NCBI GenBank assembly: GCA_028023455.1
Contig: JAQFVV010000004.1
Coordinates: 12,710,001-12,774,000 of the forward strand
Length of the DNA: 64,000 nt
Reading direction: 5' to 3'
Origin: Epiperipatus broadwayi
Taxonomy: Eukaryota; Animalia; Onychophora
In this document: one piece after another, positions 1 through 10,360 of the stretch
Layout: each line of letters begins with the position of its first letter
Position numbering within the stretch: the first letter of the stretch is position 1
The notes under the pieces: model-generated
What the model was told of the DNA's origin: nothing
The model's database searches: none
What the model saw: only the letters and a program-made list of their open reading frames with translations
Position numbers and translations under genes: made by a program

Positions 1-1268
1 AACAATTGGCTCACTTATCAACTTGGATATACCCCATTTACAATTAAATCATCTTTTGGGTGTGTTCACAAAATTAAAAATACAATAATTAATAATTAGT
101 ATAGACTCGCATCATCAGATATTACAGAACTATATGGATCTACATCTAGAAAACATTTAATTGAGATAATTAAGAACGTGTTAATAAATTCTAATTGCCC
201 ATCTAGGAGAACCAACTTCATTACTAAATACCTTAATTGGATTACTGAAAACATAACTGCCCTCTTCAACAATGTTAGTATAAAATGTAAAATAGTTGGC
301 CAATGGGACTGCCTACTAATGGCATAATATCTAGCATCATGTTAAACTGTGTTGAATCAGGGTCCTTCAACATATTTCCAACCCACACCTGAAATTATAT
401 ATGAGATATATCATTTTTATTTGTGTTTCCCAGCCTCAAATCAATAATATAAAACATGATTTAGCACAAAAATTCTTATTGACCTGGATGATCAAGCATG
501 AAGATCCCCTCAAAAAAAGAAAATTTATCAACTTGTATATTAAATGGACAGTGGCCAACTAAACTATAAAATGATAATAAAACCCATCCACAATAGAGGT
601 ACAATATACTAGAATCCTTGATTTCCAATACACATAAATTCACAGGTTAGAAAGTATTTCTACATAGAAACTTCAGTTTGTGCAAACTCAAATCAGATTA
701 AAAATCTAATATTGACAATTATATCAAAGACTTATGACACTTTGGATATAAATTCATGATGCTCATTAATATTGTTAATAAATATTATACCAAAATCAAT
801 TCCAGACCGACACCAACTAATGTTAAACCCTGGATATCTCTATTATACACATGTCCAAAAGTATAAACATTTTCTCAAAGCATATAGAAACAACTTCTGC
901 ACCCCATCCACTCTAAACCACTTAATTAATAACTCCAAAGATAAACTCTCTCCTCGAACAGAGCCCCCAAATTGGGTACAAGATTTCCTGTTATCATACT
1001 AACTGCAATGCAGTCTATTTTGGAAAATCTCATGCAGGATAGTGCACAGCACCAATATTTGTATAAAAGAGCCAAGAACAACTCCTATCATAAATCCGTA
1101 TTTGTAGATCGTAAAAATAAACTCAGTCATACATCGGCCAGTGTGGTAGGTTTAGAATGGAATGATGCAAAATGTAAGGTAATGGAAGCTTGGCATATCA
1201 CCAACAATGGTAATGCCATAAACAAAAAAGAATCCTTCCTCCTCCTCTCTAAAAAGTGGATCATGTAA
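1..1268 (+). mobile_element. Decayed Penelope-like element (PLE): RT plus GIY-YIG endonuclease pseudogene, continuing beyond the left window edge
   Basis: Frameshifted or stopped translation gives ordered PLE motifs. YRLASSDITELY (100+), PMGLPTNGIISSIMLNCVE (300+), NYI*DI (YxDD position), LINNSKDK, GYKISCYHTNCNAVYFGKS (~975-1040, GIY-YIG), then KVMEAWHITNNGNAINKK to a stop at 1268. Confidence 0.85.
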
Positions 1269-1321
1269 ACCTACTTATTTACATATTATTATATCACACT
1301 ATTCACCCACACTTTGCAGCT

Positions 1322-1376
1322 GTATTACTATGATTATGATATCATTATAAAGATATCGAAAACATGATCAGCGTAC
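1322..1376 (+). ncRNA. Variant minimal type-I hammerhead motif (A3-U8 core) in the PLE 3' region
   Basis: ATGATTA-T, stem II GATATC/attataaa/GATATC, GAAA, A-CATG-A, TC, with an imperfect stem I (GTATTACT/AGCGTAC). About 55 nt after the PLE stop codon. Confidence 0.6.
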
Positions 1377-2142
1377 TCTATTAAGATTATAAGAATTCCA
1401 TTTAAGACTGTTTTTATATCTCACTTCATATAAGAATTTCATTTTCAAGCTTTTCTTAATTTGCACTTCCAAGCATTTTAATCTGAATTAAAATTGGATA
1501 AAAAAGTTTAAATATGTAATAAAATTATAAAGTAGTATGGGTTTGCATCATAAACACAAGGTATTATTTAAAACTTGCAAGTCAATTAGTGTTCTAGTCG
1601 AAAGAATTAATTTCCTGGAAATGTTCTCAAAATACAAAATATTTCTGAATTGCTGTAAGCGACAGATAAATAACACAATTCACAACCATGACAAAATTCT
1701 AACAATTTTATAGTATGCCACTTTTAAATCTACAAAAAGTATAATTATTGATGACTCTTTGCTGCTGATGCCATGTTTATTAATTATATTTGCTTTTTGA
1801 TGATGATTTGCAGATTCTTTGCTCAAAACTTTCATTCAATTGCAAATGGTGCTCTAGCAAGTATTTAGATCCATTATAAATTGATAATAATTACAAATAT
1901 TCTCAACTTTTTCTCAAAGCAATGTGAAGGTCCTCAATCAGAGAAATTCAAGAAAATTGCTGTAGTCACGTTCTCTTAAATTGTACTTGTATAATTATCT
2001 GTTGAGATAGTCAAAATAAGAGTCATGGGTATCACATGACCCTATCTCTTAAGCTTGTAAGTTATAAAATGATGAGGAGTGTCAATTCCTCTACAAGCTT
2101 TGTGATAAATGCTTGCCAGAGCCAGCAGGAACCCCTCCCCAA

Positions 2143-2183
2143 ACCCCTGATCATGGTTTCGTGCTTTGGTACTCCTCAGAGGT
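2143..2183 (-). ncRNA. Family A hammerhead, degenerate copy
   Basis: Minus strand ACCT CTGAGGA GTAC-CAAA-GCAC GAAAC CATG ATC AGGGGT; mismatches in stems II and III. Confidence 0.75.
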
Positions 2184-2324
2184 GTCAGAGTAGGTTCAGA
2201 CACTAGATTTAAAAATACCAACCCAAGGCCAGCATTTAACTAAGTTATCTATTGAGTGGAAAATCTGAAAATTTTCAGACATCTACATGTCTTCAAACCC
2301 AGCTATCCAACTCAAATAGCTATC

Positions 2325-2366
2325 CAACTCTGAGGAGTGCCAAAGCACGAAACCATGGTCAGGGGT
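2325..2366 (+). ncRNA. Family A type-I hammerhead, catalytic core intact, 5' strand of stem I truncated
   Basis: CTGAGGA (2330-2336), GTGC-CAAA-GCAC, GAAAC-CATG-GTC, AGGGGT. Predicted cleavage after 2360. Confidence 0.85.
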
Positions 2367-2731
2367 TGGGGAGGGGTTCCTGACACAGATATTTTAAGTG
2401 TTGCCTCTGGCTAAGCATTTATCACAAAGCTTGTAGAGGAATTGGCAATCCTCATTGTTTTATAACTTACAAGCTTAAGAGATAGGATCATGTGATCTAT
2501 GACTCTTATTTTGACTATTTATAGTCTCTGCCATAAGTCTTATGCAATTTTTATATTGCTAAGACTACTACTATATGGTATGGCTGAAGATCTATCAGCC
2601 CCATATAGCTATTTGAGTTGGATAGCTGGGTTTGAAGACATGTAGATGTCTGAAAATTTCAGATTTTCCACTCAATAGATAACTTTTAGTTAAATGCAGG
2701 CTTTGGGTTGGTATTTTTAAATCTAGTGTCT

Positions 2732-2801
2732 GAACCTATCCTGACACCTCTCTGAGGAGTGCCAAAGCATAAACCATGGTCAGGGGTTTGAGGAGGGGTT
2801 C
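2732..2801 (+). ncRNA. Family A extended type-I hammerhead with mutated GAAA
   Basis: GAACCTATCC-TGAC-ACCTCT CTGAGGA GTGC-CAAA-GCAT AAAC CATG GTC AGGGGT-TTGA-GGAGGGGTTC. Stem Ia is 6 bp and stem Ib pairs at 9/10 positions; G12 is lost. Confidence 0.8.
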
Positions 2802-3945
2802 CTGACACATATATTTTAAGTGCTAGCTCTGGCTAAGCATTTATCACAAAGCTTGTAGAGGAATTGGCAATCCTCATTGTTTTATCTATTGAGATATCTC
2901 ACTATTTTTTTTAAATGGTAAAATCATATAAGTCAAAGTATTTCAATACTGCATTCACATGTTGGTGGATTTACTTCTTTGTAATCTGTTTCAAGATTAT
3001 TTGTGACATTATTTTGAAAAAAGTTTCTCAATAATTAAAGGCTGATATTTCATTGTGAAGATTATTAAGATTCATGATTATTTTTACCCCAAAATTGTGT
3101 AATAATTATTAAAGACCAAAATTTACATGATTATACTTTTATTTTATAAGTATATGTTTTATTTTTAAAAATGGAAAATAATAACTTCTAGCATAACATT
3201 AAGAATCAGCAAACCTTATAAAACTGATCACTAAACTTTACTGTTAGTATCATTTGAAATATTCTAAAAGCAATTTTAATATTTTAAAACAGAATTTTAT
3301 AGATTTATCAGAAATTAACATTTATTCATTCACATATTAAAACCAAATTTCAATCAAAAAAGATTTCATTGACTTTCTAAAGTCCCTCTACTCTTACAGA
3401 TTACTCAGTAATAAAAACATTCATTGTTCTCATTACAGGCTCATTTTTTCAAATACAATTTTTTAGGATGTTTTTCATTTATAAACATTTATTTCTATTA
3501 AATCAAGTCCAATTTACTGAATTCTGATGTAGAATAATGGTTTGAGATTGAAAAGTTAAAACATTCCAAAGAATATCATCAGGGACAACAATGGACCTGT
3601 AGCAGTGCAGGAGGTTAACCATTTCAGATTTATTACAAACTTTTTATACAAACTAACTTTTTTGATTCAATACTATAATATTTTACTGGTTTTTTTTCCT
3701 GCTACTATTTAATGGTTAATTGCCATTTTATTGCTTAAGGAAAATATTTAATGAATTCTCTTGAATTTCATAGAATTTTTAGTTTTATATTGGAAAATAT
3801 TATATGACATGAAATATATTGTACCATATCAAATTTTTAGAAGAAAAAAAAGAGAAAAAAACTATGCATGTGAATTCAGTAAAACTGGAAGAAATATTAA
3901 GCATCACCTGATCACTATATCTTAATACTAGCCCATATTTGTTTA

Positions 3946-3984
3946 TAAACAAAGCAAAACTCTCCATACAGTATCGCCACCCTG
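3946..3984 (+). repeat. Isolated terminal fragment of family C
   Basis: TAAACAAAGCAAAACTCTCCATACAGTATCGCCACCCTGT matches the termini at 22903 and 62403/62687. Confidence 0.55.
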
Positions 3985-4842
3985 TATTGCTTTGGAAGAA
4001 ATATTATTAATGAAAAAATGACTGCAACCATGTTGTAAAATTTATTAAATTTACATATTTTAATATTTTTACTTTTTAATTATTTACATTTTTTAGATAA
4101 TATATAATTGAAGTAATGTATGTGCATTTTGTGGGTGCGCTGAATGAGTTGTTCATGGAAAACACAAAAAAATATAAACCAATCAAATATTTCCAATTTT
4201 TGAAAATATCTAATTCAATAACATAAATAACTAATTTAAGAATTTCATCAAAACTACAATTAGATGATGTTAACTTTAGAGCACAAAACATTCTACGTTC
4301 ATGAAAACAAATTTATGGATCTAAGTAAATGGAAAGAAAACAATTTTATAAATGTTGATAAGTAAATAAGGTAAATAATTACTTGCACATTTGATTCTAT
4401 AATTCATTTAACATGTGATTTAAAATAAATATGTTGGTGCACTTAATCAAAATAAAATTAAATTAAAATACAAAACTATATAAAGTGATAGATTTAACAG
4501 AAAATTTAATATAATTCAATTTTATGCATATTATTACTGTATATGATGTTCTTGTAATAAAAATCATTTAATTTAATAATTATCATGAATTGAATAAAAT
4601 TACCATCATCAATGAGTCCATTTTGTTTCAATATTTTTATACATTGAACAATCTGGGAGACATAGGCATGTAAACATTAATTTGTCTCAAAGAGTGGCAC
4701 TATACAATCTAAAGCTGATACAAAGTTTTAAAAATATGCAATGACTGAAGAGGTTATGTCTGCCAATAATGAGCTGCTATTATGTTTCCTTAAAAAAGTT
4801 ATTGAAAAAAAAAAGGATATTTGTCAGATAATGCTTAATGTA

Positions 4843-5822
4843 CACCTGGGTCTCATTTTATGCGGATTATTTTAATGCGATTTTGAAGTTATGCGATTCA
4901 TGTTTCTTCTTAATATCTTTCATATTTCACTATATTTATTAGATATCAAGAAATTTAAATTATTAATAACTTATTTTCACTTGAAATACTTTTTTTTTTT
5001 TTTCAAAAATATAACGTTATATTAGCAGCTAACATGAATATGGCCTGAAGCAGTATTTAGATTTTTAGCTTCTATACAAATAACCTATTTATACTAATGA
5101 GTAAATAATAATAATAATAGATTTATACTTACATATAAAAATATTGCAATAAATATTCAAAAAATTTAAACTTTTAAACCGTACTTTGTTATATATAACA
5201 GAAATAAATAATCTTTTAGATTTTTAAAATAAAAAAGGAAGATTTTATAAACTGAAAATAATCTTCCTAATGATAATGTATAATATTTTGTTTTGATTGC
5301 GATTTCATTTTTTTAATATAGAAACAGAGAACCATTAACACAACACAAGACTGAAACTGTCACTAGTTGTACATCACATCACGAATAAAAATAAAGTGGC
5401 TAACAGGTTTCTCTGGGCATAATTGCTGAGAGATTCTTGACTTCATTTAAGGAGAAGCCACAATACACCACATTGAATCTGATTTCTTACCAGTTTACAA
5501 ATGAACACTAGTGGTAATGATTAAAATATGTATGAAAAATGTAAAATTAAATTCTGTAGTAATAAAAAAAGTAAAAAAAAGTTTGTCTTGTATTAATTTT
5601 TTTCAAATATTTGAAATTTTTTATTAGTCATACTTTAATTGCTTATTTTTTTAATGCAAATTTTAAAGTAATTCTTCATTGTTACTTTTCTTTTATGCGA
5701 ATTCTGAAAATTATAGCACCGATCCCCCATTTTTCAAGGTAAGTAAAGTCTATTTTGGTGTGATTTTTTTTAATGCGGGTTATCTGTGGAACCTATCTAC
5801 CGCATAAAATGAGACCCAGGTG
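4843..5822. mobile_element. Non-autonomous Tc1/mariner-superfamily (pogo/Tigger-like) DNA transposon, 980 bp
   Basis: Perfect 23-bp TIR CACCTGGGTCTCATTTTATGCGG (4843-4865) / CCGCATAAAATGAGACCCAGGTG (5800-5822). TA on both sides. Repeated subterminal (T/A)ATGCG motifs; no transposase ORF. Confidence 0.85.
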
Positions 5823-7249
5823 TAATAACTATCAATTTATTTTTCTCTATTAATTTTTTTTAGTGAACACAATATAAATATATGGGTAATTGTGTTTTCT
5901 TGATTTACTATTAATAACTATCTCTTTAAACAATTTTGTCAACTATAGAATTAATATATTATATGTGGCAAAAAATGTTACATATATATATATATAATAA
6001 TCCCAGTGCATAACGCTATACTGAAATAAATATACAAATATTAAGCAATTAAATCACCCCACATGGTTAAGAAATCTAGTATTGCCCTCTGTGGAAAAAA
6101 AAATGATATACCGGTCGAAAAACGCACATCGATCCAACAAGACTCGGAATACAGGTAAAGTACCCGGAGTCTGACCATGTAAAAGATATATGTCAGGTAC
6201 ATCATGGATTCTGCCCTATTTACCTACATCCCCAGGTCAAAGATCTAATCAATAACCTTTCTCAACGATATGATCGAATTCCTTTACTTTCACCGTGCCA
6301 GCAGCTGAGTCTTAAAGCATGAAATTCATTTTTAATTATATATTTTAGTGAGACCTTGGGTGATTGATTGATTGATACATTTAAAATCAAAAAAATAATT
6401 TAAATTAAAAGTAAATAAAAATGATTCGAGGAACACTGGAAGTTTTAGTTTTAGTTATATATATATTTAAAAACCATTAAGCATGTTACATTAATATTTA
6501 ACTCAAGCTCTTAAAAAAAATAAAAATACAATCTTTAAATTAACTTTTATAATTATATAAGTTCATGACAACTTTATATTAGTGGTTAATACTTCATTTG
6601 TTTAGTTTATATACTTTTACTTTTGTCTACATTTATTGCAAAAAAAAAGATTTTAAAATTAAATGATCACGGATTTTAAAATTATCCGGGCACATTTAGT
6701 ACAGGCTTATAAGATAGCGGCAGGTCTAAATATCTGCCTAACGGACATATATAAGAATGAATATTTTATTTCTTCTTTATACAAGATTTAAACAAAACAT
6801 TTTCTATTGAAACGGACATTAAATAAACGAGTATAATAAGACTAATTTGACGTCTTACTCCACTAACATATATAAAAAAAAATTGATTTTATTTCTCTTT
6901 ATAAAAATAATTTAGATTTCAAATAACTAATGTTTTATGACACTAATGGACCTTGCTGGAATAGCTTATAACCAACTTTACAGTGATTAAAACTGTAAGC
7001 GGTTATAACAAAAAAATAGATCAGTTAATTATCAAGCAAACAAGCCACTTTAGTTGGACTTACAATTAAAATCATACCTATAAGAACTATAACATGAATT
7101 AGCTAAAATCAAACGATTTTAACTAATTACGAAAACAAACAAAAGGGTTGATTACTCAAGTCGAAGATCCTTAAGTAGAATCATTTCCCTGTGGCTTATG
7201 TATTAGATAGGCAAAAGAAAAGCAAAACAATGTCGAGTTAATAATTATA

Positions 7250-7560
7250 CAAATGCAAAGGAGAGAAGAAATGTAGGTAGGAACATACGAGACAGATTAC
7301 AGACACTCGTATGCCTATTCCAATGAAGAATAAAAAGGGAAATCAATACGTCTACATTTCACGTCCATATACCGATAGGAGATAGGACTTATGGAGAGTC
7401 AACCTGCCCACCTGTACGGGTACCACACCGGAAAACCCACTCTTCTTAACAATGCTATCCGATTCATAGACGTATGTGAAAATGGAAGCTAACTCCAAAA
7501 CACCCAATGAATGACAGTTTTAGGTCTGTCCATGATACTCCAAGCATTCTTTATTAACCC
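7250..7560 (+). pseudogene. Possible decayed LTR-retrotransposon integrase fragment
   Basis: Frameshifted peptides MPIPMKNKKGNQYVYI, LYGYHTGKPTLL and LTPKHPMNDSFRSVHDT resemble, in order, the integrase core motifs PLP..GN.YIL, FG.P and T.YHP..NG..ER.H.T. Lies in a CpG-retaining block at ~6.0-8.4 kb. Confidence 0.3.
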
Positions 7561-8653
7561 GAGATATTATAATCATTAAATAAGAATGAATTATAATTAA
7601 ATAGCCTTAAATGATCTAATACTGCATAGAGACCAACCTGCGTAAACAACTACCTTATGTAAATATTTAACCTACAAAATCATACATATAGAAATAAGAA
7701 AATTTAATTCTCGAATAAATCCCTATCCAGCGGCACTGTTACAAGGTCAAAATCTATAGCATATTTTATTCTGTTTTAAATTTAAAGAGATCTAAAATTA
7801 TAGAATCCCATCCTGGGAAATCTATCATTAAACTATTTAAAAAAATTATAATAGATTTATTTAGAAATATATATATTCGACATAACTTCACTTACGAAAT
7901 AAAAATAGATCAACTTATTTTATTTTTAAAATTAAATCATTCTTTGTTAAAATTCCCTTCCCTTAATAAACATATTTTGATCTCTTAGCAAATTACTCTC
8001 TTTGAGCCCCCGCGAGTGAAGTTTGTCGAAATAAATAAAAAAATCAGAGCATGAAATCTCATGCTAAAATTACTATAAAAACAAATAAATAAATTCATAT
8101 TCAATCAAAAATATTAAAAATTATGGTGAGCTTGAGCTATGAAACATTATAATTTAAAAGAAAAGGGTTAAAGAATCAGTTAACAGAGTGTCAATAAACA
8201 ATAACTTTAGACATTCTTCTTTTTAGCTCTAAGAAATTATATTTACGTTCTAATAATAGTTTCTTCTAACTTCTTGATGAAAGTATAAATTTTAAGCTCT
8301 TTGGCATTTTATCTTGCCTGCTCCCCGGGATGAGTTCTGCGGGCGAACATTGATGGCTTGTGGCATTTGAAGGTCAGTTCTAGCAGCAGTATGTCAGGAG
8401 GTTTCACATCTCAGGAGGGAATGGGCAGTGAATTTCCCTTTTACTCCTCGCTCACCATTTCACAGATGTGGAGACTTTCTCTAACACTTTCTTTCCTTTT
8501 GTCTGTTTCTGTTTGTCTATCTCTCTGTCTCCCCATTCTCTAAAAATGGACCACTATTTATACCTTTCTAATGGTATACGATTTCTCTGCTGCCTGAGAT
8601 GATTTTCTTTTAGAAAACAATAGGAATTATGCTTTTGTTTTAATTTTAAAAAG

Positions 8654-8832
8654 TTTGTACCTCGATAAGGATCAATAGATTTCAATATAATTTTATTTTT
8701 CGTTTTTTACTTTGAGATAACGATATAGAATCTCTATTAATTAATCAATAGAGATTCCAAATTGAATAGATTTTGGTAATTTATCAATGCTTTAATTTAA
8801 CATTTAGTTTCAACTTCTTATCGAGGTACAAA
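8654..8832. repeat. Short MITE-like element with 16-bp TIRs and a central 11-bp hairpin
   Basis: TTTGTACCTCGATAAG (8654-8669) / CTTATCGAGGTACAAA (8817-8832); internal GAATCTCTATT (8728-8738) / AATAGAGATTC (8747-8757). Confidence 0.6.
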
Positions 8833-9360
8833 TCTTTCCAAAAAGGCCATCTTGGATTCTTAATCTAAAAAAAATAAGACATTTTAAACATACATATATA
8901 TATATAAAATATATAAAAAAATTCAAAATGTATTATTTGAATTTTTTTCCTTTTAATAATATAAATGGAATAACTGAGTGTGTTAGTACAAGTATCTATA
9001 TGATTAACACTATCCAAAATAAATTTTAGCGATTTATTCAGGATAGTTAAAAAAATGTTAAAAAATTTTTTATTACAATAATAAAAAGCAAACGTTAGTA
9101 AAATAAATGATTAGGTGGGTCAGATTGTGAAATGGCAAATGTGACTCAGATTTACCATTTCACACTCCCCCACTTCACAAAAAAAAATCTATACATATAT
9201 ATTTTTTTGAATATATATATGAAATGTTTAAAACCTTCCAGGTCATAGAGTCCCAACCAGCTATCTCTCCCCTTATGTATACTTTAATTACACCACCCTT
9301 CCCTCCTAAAACATCTCCTGATCTGTCGACTGCCTTTAGTAACAAAATTATTTGCCATTC

Positions 9361-9436
9361 AGCTATTTTCTTATATGAACAAAACAAAAAAAAAATTGAG
9401 CAAAATTAGCTATTTTCCTATATGAAACAAAACAAA
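9361..9436 (+). repeat. Short imperfect tandem duplication, ~47-bp period
   Basis: AGCTATTTTC(T/C)TATATGAA(A)CAAAACAAA at 9361 and 9408. Confidence 0.6.
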
Positions 9437-10091
9437 TTTATTTTTTTTACCTCTGGTTGCTCTCCTGTGCCTGGACAGATTTGACATTTGATCCTGCATC
9501 ACTTGGTTGATAACACTTAGTTTACATGATTTAATTTACATTTAAGATGTACCGACTCTTTAACCAATTTCATTCTTCCAGGTTCGAATCTTAAATAACA
9601 TTATTTTGTGTTTGAACATATTTAATTAAACTATTGGCAATTTTTTTTGTAAGGGCGCCAGCCAATAGAATATATATGCTTTATTTTTAAAAATTTATTC
9701 ACCCAAGTCTCTATTAACAAACATTTGTTGCTATTACATAATTTTCACTTAATTATTTTTTTATATCTCAATATTTTACAGACTGAAGATTTATTTATAT
9801 ACCAAAACATACAGTATTTGTTTTTTTTCTTTTACATTTTTACATATGAAAAAATAATACCACAGATACAAAAAAAATTTGATCTGTTTTCCTTTCTATT
9901 TTGAATCTGTGTACATATATCATTTTTAATTCTGCATACCAGCTATTTGTGGACCCATTATTTTTACTTTCTACCTCCAAACAAAGCCAAAAAAAAAAAC
10001 TACATGTATATTTCACATATTTCATTTTATCAACATATTCATTTATCATGGTGTAGGTATTTATCTAAAATCCCCACAGTTTTTGAGCATC

Positions 10092-10360
10092 CAAAGCTCA
10101 GGAAAAAAAATCTTACACATATACATTATTCATTGTTGTGTTAAAAAGCATTAAAAAACACATTATATACATTAAATACTATTCAGGGTTTTGCAGAGTG
10201 TGTAAAACATCATACAAACTTGGGAAAAAAATCTTACACATATTTATTATTTAGTGTTATTCAAACAAAAACATTATATATATGCTTAACATTATACAGG
10301 GTGTGGAAATATCTAATAGCCCCATGAATGGGCGTACAAACCCAGGAAAAAAAAATACGA
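10092..10360 (+). repeat. Degenerate tandem repeat, ~122-bp period, about 2.3 units
   Basis: CAAA..(CA/TG)GGAAAAAAA(A)T unit starts at 10092, 10215 and 10337, with shared CTTACACATAT, CATTATATA and CAGGGT blocks. Confidence 0.6.

Larger units (their letters stand above)
2007..2885. mobile_element. Family A composite insertion: one inverted arm plus two direct tandem HHR-bearing units
   Basis: 2007-2320 is the reverse complement of 2605-2760 plus 2330-2518; 2330-2460 is repeated directly at 2752-2882. Flanked by the near-identical direct repeat TTATCT(G/A)TTGAGATA at 1995-2009 and 2882-2896. Same family at 57998-58394. Confidence 0.85.

Noticed and set aside
2575-2640. Pol III A/B-box-like strings inside family A (TGGCTGAAGATC, GGTTTGAAGAC) and near the family D terminus
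   Set aside because: The matches are loose and no tRNA fold is recoverable; likely chance.
9653-9662. TGGCGCCC (tRNA-Lys-type PBS) on the minus strand
   Set aside because: Only 8 nt match and there is no adjacent LTR CA end.
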